Assembly: GCA_041399065.1 (NCBI GenBank)
Contig: JAWKTN010000003.1
Coordinates: forward strand, 87,511-151,510
Length of the DNA: 64,000 nt
Reading direction: 5' to 3'
Origin: Pirellulaceae bacterium
GTDB taxonomy: Bacteria > Planctomycetota > Planctomycetia > Pirellulales > Pirellulaceae
In this document: positions 1 to 10,183 of the stretch, piece by piece
Position numbering within the stretch: the first letter of the stretch is position 1
Layout of the letters: every line of letters begins with the position of its first letter
Position numbers and translations under genes: made by a program
Notes under the pieces: generated by a model
What the model saw: the letters and a program-made list of their open reading frames with translations, nothing else
Databases searched by the model: none
Told to the model about the DNA's origin: nothing

Positions 1-2010
1 AGGATAGCGATAGCTTCCTTCGTCCACGACGCGTGAATCAGGATCCATCTCCGACTGCTTGCTGGCCCGTTCGAAGAAGAATTCCACCAACGTCGTACCG
101 TGATGTTGCAGGATCATATCGACGATGCTCTTGGGCAGTCGATGTTGGCGCGCCAAGTCGGCCCCGTCCTTCACATGGGCAATAATGATCAAGGTACTCA
201 TTGCGGGCAGCAATGTGTCATGGCGATTGCCGCTGCGACCTTGATTCTCCACGAAGTAACCAGGCTTGAGCATCTTCCCAATGTCGTGAAAATAGGCACC
301 CACGCGGACCAGCAGCCCGTTTCCACCGATGGCATCTGCCGCCGATTCGGCCAGCGACGCGACGTTGATCGAGTGGTTGTACGTTCCCGGTGCCCGCCGC
401 ACAAGCTCCTGCAATAACGGGTGCGAAACGTCCCCCAATTCCAACAGACTTAGCTCCGTCTGCACGTCGAAAATACGTTCAATAAACGGTAGCAAACCGG
501 TCATCAACACGCCCGACAAGGCGGTCCAAAACGCGTACCACATCGCCGTTTCGATCAAACTGCCATCCAGCCAATGACCAGAGACCAGGCCGGCACCGAT
601 CGCCGTCAAGAACACAACCGCCGCGGCGGCGGCCCCCACATAAATCAACTTCGTGCGACTACGGACATCGCGCAACAATAGGATCGTTACCGCCAGCGCC
701 GCCGTAATTACCACAAACTCATTCAACCCCTGCCCGAGCGACAAGACCACTACCAGGGAAACGACCGTGGAAAACAATAACGCTAATTCCCCGTGATGGG
801 CGATCGCCACGATCATGGCAAACAACATCAACGCCACCACTTCCGAATGCCGCACACCGTGTCCGCAGATCCAACTGGCAATCACCGTTACCGCGATCAA
901 CGACTGAAGCATGATCAAACGCCGCAGATCCAATAGCAAGTCATGGTGTCGGTAATAACCATATGCACCACACAAGACGTACAGCGCGATGAACATGCCG
1001 AATCGCGATAGACCAAAGAATAGCAATTGCCATGTTGCCAATTGCGCGACATACGCTTTGTGTTCCGTCTCCAAGAGCGCCTTGGAACGCTCTTGAATCG
1101 GTTCCGCAGCCGCCGCCAACTGGTCTCCAGGCTTGTAGGTATCCATCACCTGCTGCACCTGCTCGGCCGCCAAATCCGCCGCTTCACGCGAGGCGTTGCG
1201 ATTGTACGTCAACGTGATCGGCAACCGGGTGGATAACCAGGCGTAGACCCGGTCGGCAACGATCGGCGGCGTCAGCTGCTTGGACAATTCCTCCTGCAAC
1301 GTTACCGTCGCCTCGGCAATCCGCACCTTGTTGACGTCGACCAAAATAGGATTCGGATCTTCGCTACTGCGTCGAACGCGAATTTCCGTTTGACTCCCCT
1401 CACCGTTTTCAAAGCTGTGCTGGAGCTTTTCCAACAACCCGAAGCGTTCGAGATTAATAAATGCCAACTGAACCGCTTTGTCGAAATCTGCCAAGTCGGG
1501 GTCGTTTCGCAAAGCCTCGCGCAACATTTCGAATTGATGAGCGCGCACGTCGTCCGATAGTGCCTCTTCCCCTTCGCTAGGAGGCACGAAGAATTCGTCC
1601 CACACCTTCCGATCGAATTTCTCATACGACTCAGCCCGCAGCAACTCAAATACGCGACCCTTCAATTTCTCTCGCAATTGTACCAGCAGCTGTGGGTCGT
1701 TTTCGTAGATGCACTGAATGCCGCGACGAGCCTTTTCCTTCTCTTCCGCCGTCGCCTTCTCGTTCTTTACCTTGAATTCCACCCGCGCAACAATGTTTCG
1801 CTGCGGCATCTGCCCAATTCGATAGGGAAAAGGGGGCGACCACGCCGCGGTTGCCAACCACATGACAAGCGACGCGATGACACAGACGCCTAGCCGCAAT
1901 AGCACGTCGCCACGCCGTAACAACAGCAACCCCCGCTCCCATGGGCTGGGGGGCAGTTCCAACTGAGCGACCCGCTCCGATCGTTTTCGCGCTTGATTTC
2001 CCGTAGACAT
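1..2010 (-). CDS. 7TM receptor with intracellular HD/HDIG phosphohydrolase domain; start at 2010, 3' end runs off the window edge
   Basis: Manual minus-strand translation from the ATG at 2008-2010 gives MSTGNQARKRSERVAQLELPPSPWERGLLLLRRGDVLLRLGVCVIASLVMWLATAAW. The same frame has no stop codon down to position 1. A hydrophobic TM-rich stretch lies at about 540-1060. An HDIGK motif (VGAYFHDIGKMLKPGY) is encoded at about 255-303. It sits next to phoH, as in the conserved phoH/7TM-HD/ybeY neighbourhood. It is absent from the ORF track because it is truncated. Confidence 0.8.
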   Translation of the reverse strand, partial: MSTGNQARKRSERVAQLELPPSPWERGLLLLRRGDVLLRLGVCVIASLVMWLATAAWSPPFPYRIGQMPQRNIVARVEFKVKNEKATAEEKEKARRGIQCIYENDPQLLVQLREKLKGRVFELLRAESYEKFDRKVWDEFFVPPSEGEEALSDDVRAHQFEMLREALRNDPDLADFDKAVQLAFINLERFGLLEKLQHSFENGEGSQTEIRVRRSSEDPNPILVDVNKVRIAEATVTLQEELSKQLTPPIVADRVYAWLSTRLPITLTYNRNASREAADLAAEQVQQVMDTYKPGDQLAAAAEPIQERSKALLETEHKAYVAQLATWQLLFFGLSRFGMFIALYVLCGAYGYYRHHDLLLDLRRLIMLQSLIAVTVIASWICGHGVRHSEVVALMLFAMIVAIAHHGELALLFSTVVSLVVVLSLGQGLNEFVVITAALAVTILLLRDVRSRTKLIYVGAAAAAVVFLTAIGAGLVSGHWLDGSLIETAMWYAFWTALSGVLMTGLLPFIERIFDVQTELSLLELGDVSHPLLQELVRRAPGTYNHSINVASLAESAADAIGGNGLLVRVGAYFHDIGKMLKPGYFVENQGRSGNRHDTLLPAMSTLIIIAHVKDGADLARQHRLPKSIVDMILQHHGTTLVEFFFERASKQSEMDPDSRVVDEGSYRYP

Positions 2011-2049
2011 GTCACCTGTTTGTCGTCGCCGTGTCGATTCGACCAGCAA

Positions 2050-3006
2050 CTATTGCTTTCTTCGCTTGGGAGTTTCCTCGTACGCCCGAACAATGTCCTG
2101 CACCAGGCGATGCCGGACGATGTCTGCCTTGGACAAACGAATCTGGCACACACCGTCAATGTCCTTCAAGCGATACAACGCGTCCGCAAATCCGCTGCGC
2201 GTGTGCGATGGCAAATCCACCTGCGTGCTGTCTCCGGCAATCACGATCTTCGATCCACGCCCCATCCGTGTGAGAAACATCTTCATCTGAGCCACCGTCG
2301 TGTTCTGCGCCTCATCAAGAATGATGAACGCCTCATTCAACGTGCGGCCGCGCATGTACGCTAACGGGCAAATCTCGATCGTGTCCCGCTCAATCAATTG
2401 CCGAGCCAGATCGTAATCCATCATCTCATACAACGCATCCAACAGCGGCCGAAGATAGGGATTGATCTTTGCATATAAATCACCCGGCAAGTAACCGAGA
2501 CTCTCGCCCGCCTCGACCGCCGGCCGTACCAAGACAATTTTACGCGTCTCCTGGTTCTTGAATGCCTCCACCGCCATGGCAACCGCCAGATAGGTCTTCC
2601 CCGTCCCCGCCGGTCCAACCGCAAAGATCAGATCGTGCTTGCGTATCGCGTCCACGTACGCAATCTGCCCCGGCGTCCGCGGACGTACCTCCCGCCCTGT
2701 CGCCACGATCTTGATCGGATTCCCAGTCCCCGGCCCCAACTCGTTGCGTCCGGTTACCAATGCCAACACTTGCGCTACCTCGGTGGCATCAACACTCCCC
2801 GTTCGCTCGGCAATTCCCTTCAATTGCTCCAACGCCGCCGTCGCCTGAGTCACCGCGTCCTGGGGCCCCGCGACATAGATCTTGCCGTTGCGGTGGGTGA
2901 TGTCCACACTCAACGTGTCGCGTATTCGATGGAGATGCTGGTCGCGTGCCCCAAACAATGAAAGCGCCGTTTGGGGATTAACCAGCGTGATCGTTGCTTC
3001 GCTCAT
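2050..3006 (-). CDS. phoH: PhoH-like ATPase (PhoH/YbeZ family)
   Basis: 318-aa ORF with Walker A GPAGTGKT and typical PhoH core (LDEAQN..., IVIAGDSTQVDLP). Confidence 0.9.
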   Translation of the reverse strand: MSEATITLVNPQTALSLFGARDQHLHRIRDTLSVDITHRNGKIYVAGPQDAVTQATAALEQLKGIAERTGSVDATEVAQVLALVTGRNELGPGTGNPIKIVATGREVRPRTPGQIAYVDAIRKHDLIFAVGPAGTGKTYLAVAMAVEAFKNQETRKIVLVRPAVEAGESLGYLPGDLYAKINPYLRPLLDALYEMMDYDLARQLIERDTIEICPLAYMRGRTLNEAFIILDEAQNTTVAQMKMFLTRMGRGSKIVIAGDSTQVDLPSHTRSGFADALYRLKDIDGVCQIRLSKADIVRHRLVQDIVRAYEETPKRRKQ

Positions 3007-3279
3007 TCGTGGATGAACGGCCCACTACGTGACCGCTCTGCCAGCCTCCCGGGACCAAGACAAGGATTTTACCGCCCTTAACTATACTATCCCATCACCA
3101 CTAAAGAAAACCGGTGCCCAAGTGAATCGCCGCAAACCATTACCACAAAAGCACTTAGGCAATCCAACGTTTCCCAATAGGCCGTTGGATACGTTCCGAA
3201 TGTGACACGAATCTCGTTTGTAACGCCAATGCGCGCCAACATAAGAACCGGCGATCCTCACCATCGCAATACACCGCCA

Positions 3280-4146
3280 CTAGGGAAGCACTACCGGCTC
3301 GCCGCCGTCACGCGTTGCCATCGGCGAAAGCAATACCGCCCCGCCGGTGACGAACCGAACACTTCCGTCCACAAACGCAACATTCTCTCCACCGGAATGA
3401 CCGCTTCCGGCAAGCGACAACACACTATTGACGTCCAAGTCCTCAGGGCTGGACCAGTGCACTCCCGCCGTCGACGATTCTACGATCAACAGCGTGTTGG
3501 CCATGCCATCGGTGATATCTGCAAGTCGAACGCCATTGGGCCCGGTGAACACAGTTTCCGGTCCGACAATCGCCAAGTAATTGGTCGTGACCGACATGGG
3601 GCTGCCTGTTGGATCGCTCGGACAACGGAACACATTGGGCATCTGTTGGGACGCCGCAAGATTCTGGGGGCTGTCCCATGGTTGCGAGGTATCGAATTGC
3701 GAATAGAGTGCCTGTTCGCCCAAATATGGGAGAATCAATACGCGCCAGCTGACCGTCGGATTGCCGTTCGCGTCCGTCGCGTAAGCGGGGGGAAGCGTAC
3801 CGTTGGCCTGTTCGTAACTCACAATCGCCAACGCGATACCCCGCATGTTGTTCATGCAAGTGGTTCGCCGCGCGGCCTCGCGGGCGGCATTGACGGCTGG
3901 CAACAGCAGCGCGACCAACCCGCACATCAACATCAGTCCGATCACGCCAATCGCGGCCATGATCACGAAGGCAACGGTCATGCCCGCGCCCGACGAGGAT
4001 TTCTGGGAAGGCGGCCGCACTTGTGACGTAAGTTGGGGCACGGTAACCTGCTGCCCACATTCCCGGCACGGCCCGGATTGACCAGCAAACTTGTCTTCCA
4101 CGAGAGTTTTGTGTCCACAATGCGGACATTCAAAGTGAATCGACAT
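3280..4146 (-). CDS. Zinc-ribbon / DUF1559 (H-X9-DG) prepilin-like fusion protein
   Basis: N-terminal CPHCGHK...CRECGQQ zinc ribbon, one TM helix followed by LLLPAVNAAREAARR, and C-terminal HSGGENVAFVDGSVRF (H-X9-DG). Confidence 0.75.
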   Translation of the reverse strand: MSIHFECPHCGHKTLVEDKFAGQSGPCRECGQQVTVPQLTSQVRPPSQKSSSGAGMTVAFVIMAAIGVIGLMLMCGLVALLLPAVNAAREAARRTTCMNNMRGIALAIVSYEQANGTLPPAYATDANGNPTVSWRVLILPYLGEQALYSQFDTSQPWDSPQNLAASQQMPNVFRCPSDPTGSPMSVTTNYLAIVGPETVFTGPNGVRLADITDGMANTLLIVESSTAGVHWSSPEDLDVNSVLSLAGSGHSGGENVAFVDGSVRFVTGGAVLLSPMATRDGGEPVVLP

Positions 4147-4181
4147 GGTTCACCTCACAACGAAATTTTTCGCTGGCTTAT

Positions 4182-6008
4182 TCACGTGGCGATCTTGGCG
4201 AGCAACTGTCCGGTCGCAACCTGATCGCCGACAGACACGACGATCTGTTTCACAGTCCCCGACGAGGGGGCCGATACCGCGACTTCCATTTTCATCGCCT
4301 CAAGTACCAACAACGGGTCACCGGTCTTCACTCGGTCGCCAGGCTTAAGCTTCAATTTCAGTACAACACCAGGCATTTGCGCCGCCACGTCGACCACCGG
4401 TGCGTTCCCGGAATCACCGGGTGATTTTTCAGCGGATCGTTGCGTCGAAGTGCGTGCGTCGCGCTGCATCTCCACATTATACACGTTGCCATCCACCGTG
4501 ACTCGATTGCCCTGGAATGCGAGCCAATACTCTTTTCCGTTGACAACTAGTTTGTATTCGGCCGGTTTGCCGGGATCGGTCGGAGCGGCTGCGGCGGGCT
4601 GCTCCACCTTCTTGCGAATCCCCAACTCACCTTTGCCTTTGAGAAAGGCCAGTCCTTTCTCCTTGCAGGTAGAGACGATGAACACGTTTTCGTCATTGAC
4701 GGGCAGTTTTTCGTGCTCGAGTACCTTGCGTGCCGCATCTACGCCCTTTCGCGGGTCTTCGTCGTTCAATTCGAGAACTGGTCGCGTTGTTGGCTGGAGC
4801 TCCAATTGCTTGGCCGCCAGTTGGACAATTTCCGGATCGGGCGGCACGGGCGTCTTGCCAAAATAGCCCAAGACCATCTTCCCATACGGCTCGGCGATCT
4901 TCTGCCAAGGCCCAAACATCACGTTGTTGAACGCTTGCTGGAAATAGAACTGCGATACGGGCGTTACCGACGTTCCGAAACCACCACGCCGGACAACGTC
5001 GCTCATGGCTTTGATCATGTCGGTATAGCGGTCCATGATGTTATTGTCACGCAGCATTTGCGTGTTTGCCGTCAAGGCACCGCCAGGCATGGGGCTCCAG
5101 GGAATCAGCGGTTCGACCGCCGTGGCTTCGGGGGGAAGAAAATAGTCCTTCATGCAATCCTGAAACACTTCTTCGGCTTGCCGTATTTTGTCAATGTCGA
5201 CGTCCAGCGTGAATTCGCTGCCTCGAAGGGCGTGCCACATCACCAGCACGTCGGGCTGACAAGTACCACCGGAGCATGGGGCAAGTGAGAGATCGATGGC
5301 ATTGGCACCGGCATCGATGGCGGCCTTGTAGGCTAACACACTGACACCGGCGGTTTCGTGCGTGTGGAAGTGAATGTACGCATTGGCGGGCAACATCTTC
5401 CGAGCCCGCTTGATGGTTTCGTACACTTTGGACGGGACGGCGGTCCCGGACGCATCTTTGAAGCAAACTGCATCGAAGGGGATTTCGGCATCGACAATCT
5501 TCTGCAACGTTGCTTCGTAGAAGTCGGCATCGTGAGCCCCTTCGCAGCCCGGCGGTAATTCCATCATCGAGACAACGACCTGATGCTTCAGCCCGGCTTC
5601 GACAATGCATCGCCCGCTGTGGACGAGGTTGTCAACGTCGTTGAGCGCATCGAAATTACGGATAGTGGTCATGCCGTGTTTCTTGAATAGCTCCGCATGC
5701 AACTTGATGATGTCGCTGGATTGCGATTCAAGCCCAACGACATTCACACCGCGAGCCAACGTTTGCAGGTTCGCTTCGGGACCAACCGTTTTGCGGAATT
5801 GGTCCATCATCGCGAAGGCGTCTTCGTTGCAATAGAAATAGAGCGATTGGAAGCGTGCTCCCCCCCCTGCTTCGAAATAGGTAATACCCGCATCTCGTGC
5901 GGCCTCGAGGGCCGGCAGGAAGTCTGGGGTCAATACACGCGCACCGTAGACCGACTGAAAACCGTCACGGAACGCCGTGCACATGAAATCAATTTTCTTT
6001 GCCACCAT
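4182..6008 (-). CDS. oadA: Oxaloacetate decarboxylase alpha subunit / pyruvate carboxylase subunit B-like (carboxyltransferase plus biotinyl domain)
   Basis: 608 aa. TIM-barrel carboxyltransferase region (HFHTHETAGVS) and C-terminal biotin carrier with the EAMKME biotinylation motif. Directly downstream of oadB. Confidence 0.8.
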   Translation of the reverse strand: MVAKKIDFMCTAFRDGFQSVYGARVLTPDFLPALEAARDAGITYFEAGGGARFQSLYFYCNEDAFAMMDQFRKTVGPEANLQTLARGVNVVGLESQSSDIIKLHAELFKKHGMTTIRNFDALNDVDNLVHSGRCIVEAGLKHQVVVSMMELPPGCEGAHDADFYEATLQKIVDAEIPFDAVCFKDASGTAVPSKVYETIKRARKMLPANAYIHFHTHETAGVSVLAYKAAIDAGANAIDLSLAPCSGGTCQPDVLVMWHALRGSEFTLDVDIDKIRQAEEVFQDCMKDYFLPPEATAVEPLIPWSPMPGGALTANTQMLRDNNIMDRYTDMIKAMSDVVRRGGFGTSVTPVSQFYFQQAFNNVMFGPWQKIAEPYGKMVLGYFGKTPVPPDPEIVQLAAKQLELQPTTRPVLELNDEDPRKGVDAARKVLEHEKLPVNDENVFIVSTCKEKGLAFLKGKGELGIRKKVEQPAAAAPTDPGKPAEYKLVVNGKEYWLAFQGNRVTVDGNVYNVEMQRDARTSTQRSAEKSPGDSGNAPVVDVAAQMPGVVLKLKLKPGDRVKTGDPLLVLEAMKMEVAVSAPSSGTVKQIVVSVGDQVATGQLLAKIAT

Positions 6009-6041
6009 CGACCTCGCAAGATCTGCCGTGATATCAAAAGG

Positions 6042-7253
6042 TTACAGCAAAACCGACCAGAGCACGCCGGCGGCGACCGCTGATCCAATCACACCCGCTA
6101 CGTTCGGTGCCATTGCGTGCATCAGCAAGTAATTGTGCGGGTCCTCCGCCTGGCCAATCATCTGGGCGACTCGCGCCGAATCCGGCACGGCGGAAACTCC
6201 CGCAGCACCGATTAAAGGATTGATCTTATCGGTTAAGAACAGATTCATGAACTTGGCGAACAGCACTCCCCCCGCCGTCGCGATCGCGAACGACAACGCC
6301 CCCAAGCCGAAAATCATCAATGACTGGGGACGCAGGAATGTCTGAGCCTGCGTGCTGGCTCCCACCGATACCCCCAGTAGCACCGTCACGATGTCAATCA
6401 TCGCGGTCCGCGCCGTCACCGCTAATCGCTCGGTGACCATGCTTTCCTTCAGCAAGTTCCCGAAGAACAACATCCCAATTAACACCAAGGAACCGGGGGC
6501 AATCAGGGTACAAATCAGAAAGGCAGCCACCGGAAAAATGATCCGCTCACGCTTGGGAACCGTTCGGGGGGCCTTCATCCGAATCAATCGTTCGTCGCGC
6601 GTCGTCAGCAACCGCATGATGGGCGGCTGAATCACTGGTACCAACGCCATGTAAGAATATGCCGCGATGGCGATCGCCCCTAGCAAATCCGGCGCCAGCC
6701 TCGATGCCAAGAATATGGCCGTCGGGCCGTCGGCTCCACCAATGATTCCAATCGCCGCTGCCTGTTCCGGCGTAAATCCAATCGCCATCGCACCCAACAG
6801 CGTCAGGAAGATTCCAATCTGAGCTGCCGCCCCCAACAAGATCAATTTGGGATTCGAGAGCATTGTCGAGAAATCTGTCATCGCTCCAATCCCCAAGAAT
6901 ATCAGCGGAGGAAATATTCCCTGGGATACACCAAAGTAAATGTAACTCAACACACTCCCCGATTGATACGTCACCGTACCATCGCCATTGACCGTCAACC
7001 CGCCCTGATCGTAAACACTGAGTGCCATCGAAGCGATGGTCGGAATATTGCCGATGATCACACCAAACCCTATCGGCAACAACAACAGTGGCTCGTAGTG
7101 CTTCACGATCGCTAAAGCGATGAAGGCGACGCCGATGATAATCATCACCACATTGCCCAACTCCATCTGGGCAAATCCTGTCGTCTTCAAAAACTCGACA
7201 AACATCTGCATGATTGCGGCCCTGTTTCCCTCAATCTCTGCCTGCGTCCTCAT
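6042..7253 (-). CDS. oadB: Na+-translocating decarboxylase beta subunit (OadB/GcdB/MmdB family)
   Basis: 403-aa polytopic membrane protein. The KHYEPLLLLPIGFG motif matches the OadB signature. Confidence 0.85.
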   Translation of the reverse strand: MRTQAEIEGNRAAIMQMFVEFLKTTGFAQMELGNVVMIIIGVAFIALAIVKHYEPLLLLPIGFGVIIGNIPTIASMALSVYDQGGLTVNGDGTVTYQSGSVLSYIYFGVSQGIFPPLIFLGIGAMTDFSTMLSNPKLILLGAAAQIGIFLTLLGAMAIGFTPEQAAAIGIIGGADGPTAIFLASRLAPDLLGAIAIAAYSYMALVPVIQPPIMRLLTTRDERLIRMKAPRTVPKRERIIFPVAAFLICTLIAPGSLVLIGMLFFGNLLKESMVTERLAVTARTAMIDIVTVLLGVSVGASTQAQTFLRPQSLMIFGLGALSFAIATAGGVLFAKFMNLFLTDKINPLIGAAGVSAVPDSARVAQMIGQAEDPHNYLLMHAMAPNVAGVIGSAVAAGVLWSVLL

Positions 7254-7334
7254 CGGATCAGCGGCACGCTACCTACGAACAACTCCCACAATACTCATCG
7301 CAACAAACATTCGGACTCACTTCACCCCACCATC

Positions 7335-7598
7335 TCACGTCGCATTCGGCACCTTCGGCGATGACGGCTGCGAGGCAGTCCGCAATACCTCCTGCTGCAG
7401 GACATATCCGATCGCCGCCACGATCGGCAACTCATCCGACGGCAATTGCTCGTCCGGTGGCGGCGATCCCGCATGGTCGTGCACCGCCGGTAGATACGGA
7501 TCGATGAATCTCAGTACGTGCGGTAGGGAGCCGATAAAAGATGCAATCAGCGTGAGCGCCACAAATACGATGACCATCCCAGTGATCGCAATCGCCAT
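7335..7598 (-). CDS. oadG: Oxaloacetate decarboxylase gamma-chain-like small membrane subunit (start uncertain; the ORF extends to 7709)
   Basis: From the internal Met (MAIAITGMVIVFVALTLIASFIG...) it has a single N-terminal TM followed by a Pro/acidic-rich tail. It sits immediately upstream of oadB on the same strand. Confidence 0.5.
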   Translation of the reverse strand: MAIAITGMVIVFVALTLIASFIGSLPHVLRFIDPYLPAVHDHAGSPPPDEQLPSDELPIVAAIGYVLQQEVLRTASQPSSPKVPNAT

Positions 7599-7818
7599 TC
7601 CGTTTCCGTCACTGATCCGCGTCACATCAAAAGTAACGCCGACGCCATTTCCCTGTGCCAACAACACGATCAACACGTCTCGTTCCTCTTTTCTCGCACA
7701 CCACTGCATTGCCTATCAAACCACCTGTCGCATTACCACCATCTCAGCGACCGGCGATTGTAAAGTATCCAACGCCCGTTTCAACTCGGGTACCCCTCCA
7801 GCAATTCCCGCCATCGAA

Positions 7819-8607
7819 TCAGATCTGTGAATACTCCAATGGGGTTAGAATGTAGTCGGTGATGTTCGACACGGTGTCCTTATATTGAGGATCGGCACTG
7901 AGCGTCTTCCATCCTGCATCATTGCGGAACCGATCCCACGCGGCATCGCGAGCCACCATGTCGTCAAACACCAGCATGTACGTTAGATTGGGCATCCGAC
8001 TGCCGATGATCGTCTCACCAAAGAAAACGGGCTGCAACCCGGTACGACGAAAAATCTCAATTTCTCCCCCGTCATTGAACATCTCGATCTTCTTCTTGGC
8101 AGCCCGGCTACTGTGGCTCTCATAAACCCGCAATTCAAAGATCCGCTTCTGACCGGCCTCATGCTGCGGCGGCACTTCCACTCGCGGCATCCCGGCAAAC
8201 GCCACCATCAACGAACTCTCCATTCGCACATAATTGGGATGCGATAATTCGGCACCTAGAAAACTGGCCCCATCGCGCAGGAACTGGGCGTCATCGGCCA
8301 ACCGGTCCGCAAACGTCGCGACGGATTCCAGGCTCACATGCGGTATCAAAATGGTGACGCTCGGTTTGCTTGGGCCGTATTGCGTTTGAAAAACGCCAAT
8401 CGGTCCCGTTCCGGCGCGTCTAGCGGCCGGGAGGGCGACACCCTCAAGAAACTCATGAAATGCTTTCCGTCCGTCCCCCGGCAACAACTGGTACTCACGC
8501 CACTCCAAATAGTGACGCGATCCCCCCAACACGCTCCCCTCCCCTTCGGCCGCTGTCGCAGCCGCTAGTGAAATTCCCGTGGTCGCCAAGAAGTCTCTCC
8601 GTTTCAT
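7819..8607 (-). CDS. Tat-signal NIPSNAP-family protein (two NIPSNAP repeats)
   Basis: N-terminal RRDFLATTGISLAAATA twin-arginine signal. The IFELRVYE and LTYMLVFDDMVARDAAWDRFRNDAGW segments look like NIPSNAP domains. Confidence 0.55.
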   Translation of the reverse strand: MKRRDFLATTGISLAAATAAEGEGSVLGGSRHYLEWREYQLLPGDGRKAFHEFLEGVALPAARRAGTGPIGVFQTQYGPSKPSVTILIPHVSLESVATFADRLADDAQFLRDGASFLGAELSHPNYVRMESSLMVAFAGMPRVEVPPQHEAGQKRIFELRVYESHSSRAAKKKIEMFNDGGEIEIFRRTGLQPVFFGETIIGSRMPNLTYMLVFDDMVARDAAWDRFRNDAGWKTLSADPQYKDTVSNITDYILTPLEYSQI

Positions 8608-8749
8608 AGGTCACTCGCAATTCGCATCAATCCAGCGGCACAATTGAATTTATTGCGACCGTTGTATCCCTTCCCGGCCCCCTTCGCAACGGTACTCGCA
8701 GCAGAACCCACAGAATCAGCATTGCTGCACCGACCGAAGGCAAGACAAA

Positions 8750-9178
8750 TAAAACTGCAGTGGGGCGATAAGCCGGGTTTTGTACTCGGTATGCCAACAC
8801 ACCAAGTGGGAATCATTTATCTAGGATGACGATTGCCCGTCACCTCGTGCGACCTACCCGGGAGTCATTACGGATCGGGCCGATCCGCAGTCGCGGCCAA
8901 GCCGCGACTTGCTCCCTGCTTGGCCTTGCTCCAAGTGGGGTTTACCTAGCCGGAAGTGTCACCACTGCCGCTGGTGAGCTCTTACCTCACCGTTTCACCC
9001 TTACCAAGCTGCCGGAGCAACCTGGCGGTCTGCTTTCTGTTGCACTTTCCCTAACCTCTCGGTCGGTCGGCGTTACCGACCACTTTGCCCTGTGGAGCCC
9101 GGACTTTCCTCCCGCGACACCGGTGAGACCGGCAGCGCCAGCGATCCCCTGCCCCACTGCAGCTGATTCGTAATGCCC
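8750..9178 (-). ncRNA. rnpB: RNase P RNA (bacterial type A)
   Basis: The plus strand at 9085-9108 reads tgccctgtggagcccggactttcc, the reverse complement of the universal P4 motif GGAAAGUCCGGGCUCCACAGGGCA. The P4 3' strand (ccgagtacaaaacccggcttatc in RNA sense) lies near 8767-8795. A P1 helix joins CUGCAGUGGGG (5') to CCCCACUGCAG (3'). CCCGGGUAGGUCGCAC is also E. coli-like. Confidence 0.85.
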
Positions 9179-9181
9179 CAT

Positions 9182-10183
9182 TCACGTCCCAGGATTCCAT
9201 AAACGCCCCTGGTACGTGTCGCGACGCGCGAACTCCTCGTCAATCGCGCGCAAGATCCCCGGTTTGTCCAGACACCACGACGGACCAACAAAGTAATCCA
9301 CCGGTGCGTCGCCACTGATGCGTTCGACGATCATCGCCGGCGGCAATAGCTCCAAAGCATCAACCAAAACCGAAACATACGCATCGCGTTCCATCAACGT
9401 CACGGTACCCGCCGCCACCTCGTCAGCCAACGGCGTATTCCGCACGGCATACAAGTTGTGGAATTTGATGGAATCCAATGGCAACCCTGCCATCGCTCTG
9501 GCCGTCGCCAACATGTCGTCGTGACTCTCACCCGGCAATCCGAAAATGACGTGAGCACAAATTTCAAATCCGCGGCCGACACTGCGAGCCACCGCGTCGG
9601 GAAAGACGCTGTAATCGTGCCCGCGGTTCATCCACGCTAACGACCGATCGTGAATCGTCTGGATGCCATACTCGACCGAAAGATAGGTCCCTGAAGCTAA
9701 CTGCTCGAGCAGCTGCAAGACCTCCGAAGGCACACAATCCGGTCGCGTGCCGATCGCCAATCCCACCACCTGCGGATGCTCCAATGCCGCACCGTACACC
9801 CCGCGAAGCCGCTCAACCGGCGCATACGTGTTGGTGGCCGGTTGAAAATAAGCCAGAAAATGATCGCATTGGTACCGCCGCTTCAACCGGCGAATCCCCT
9901 CGTCAATCTGCCCCAGAATCCCCTGCCGCGGGATCCGGCGACTGGGACTGAAACTGCGGTTATCACAAAATGTGCACCCCCCCTTGGCCACCGTCCCATC
10001 GACGTTGGGGCACGTAAACCCCGCATCGACACTCACCTTCTGCACCCGGTGCCCAAACCGGCCCCGGAGGTAATGATTGTACGAGTTGTACCGATAACCG
10101 GCGGCTCGCCAATTCCAAACCTCAGGCCGGATCGATGACAATCGTTCCCCGTCTGTTGACCCCACCGTTTCGCCTGCGTACAT
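9182..10183 (-). CDS. TIGR01212-family radical SAM protein (YhcC/YtqA-like)
   Basis: CPNVDGTVAKGGCTFC is the family-specific Cys cluster. 333 aa. Confidence 0.85.
   Translation of the reverse strand: MYAGETVGSTDGERLSSIRPEVWNWRAAGYRYNSYNHYLRGRFGHRVQKVSVDAGFTCPNVDGTVAKGGCTFCDNRSFSPSRRIPRQGILGQIDEGIRRLKRRYQCDHFLAYFQPATNTYAPVERLRGVYGAALEHPQVVGLAIGTRPDCVPSEVLQLLEQLASGTYLSVEYGIQTIHDRSLAWMNRGHDYSVFPDAVARSVGRGFEICAHVIFGLPGESHDDMLATARAMAGLPLDSIKFHNLYAVRNTPLADEVAAGTVTLMERDAYVSVLVDALELLPPAMIVERISGDAPVDYFVGPSWCLDKPGILRAIDEEFARRDTYQGRLWNPGT

Noticed and set aside
3202-4026. 274-aa plus-strand ORF
   Set aside because: Antisense to the zinc-ribbon/DUF1559 gene. Arg-rich with no motifs.
8826-9173. 115-aa plus-strand ORF and the small minus-strand ORFs at 8987..9315
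   Set aside because: Overlap the rnpB RNA gene, which is identified by universal P4 and P1 elements.
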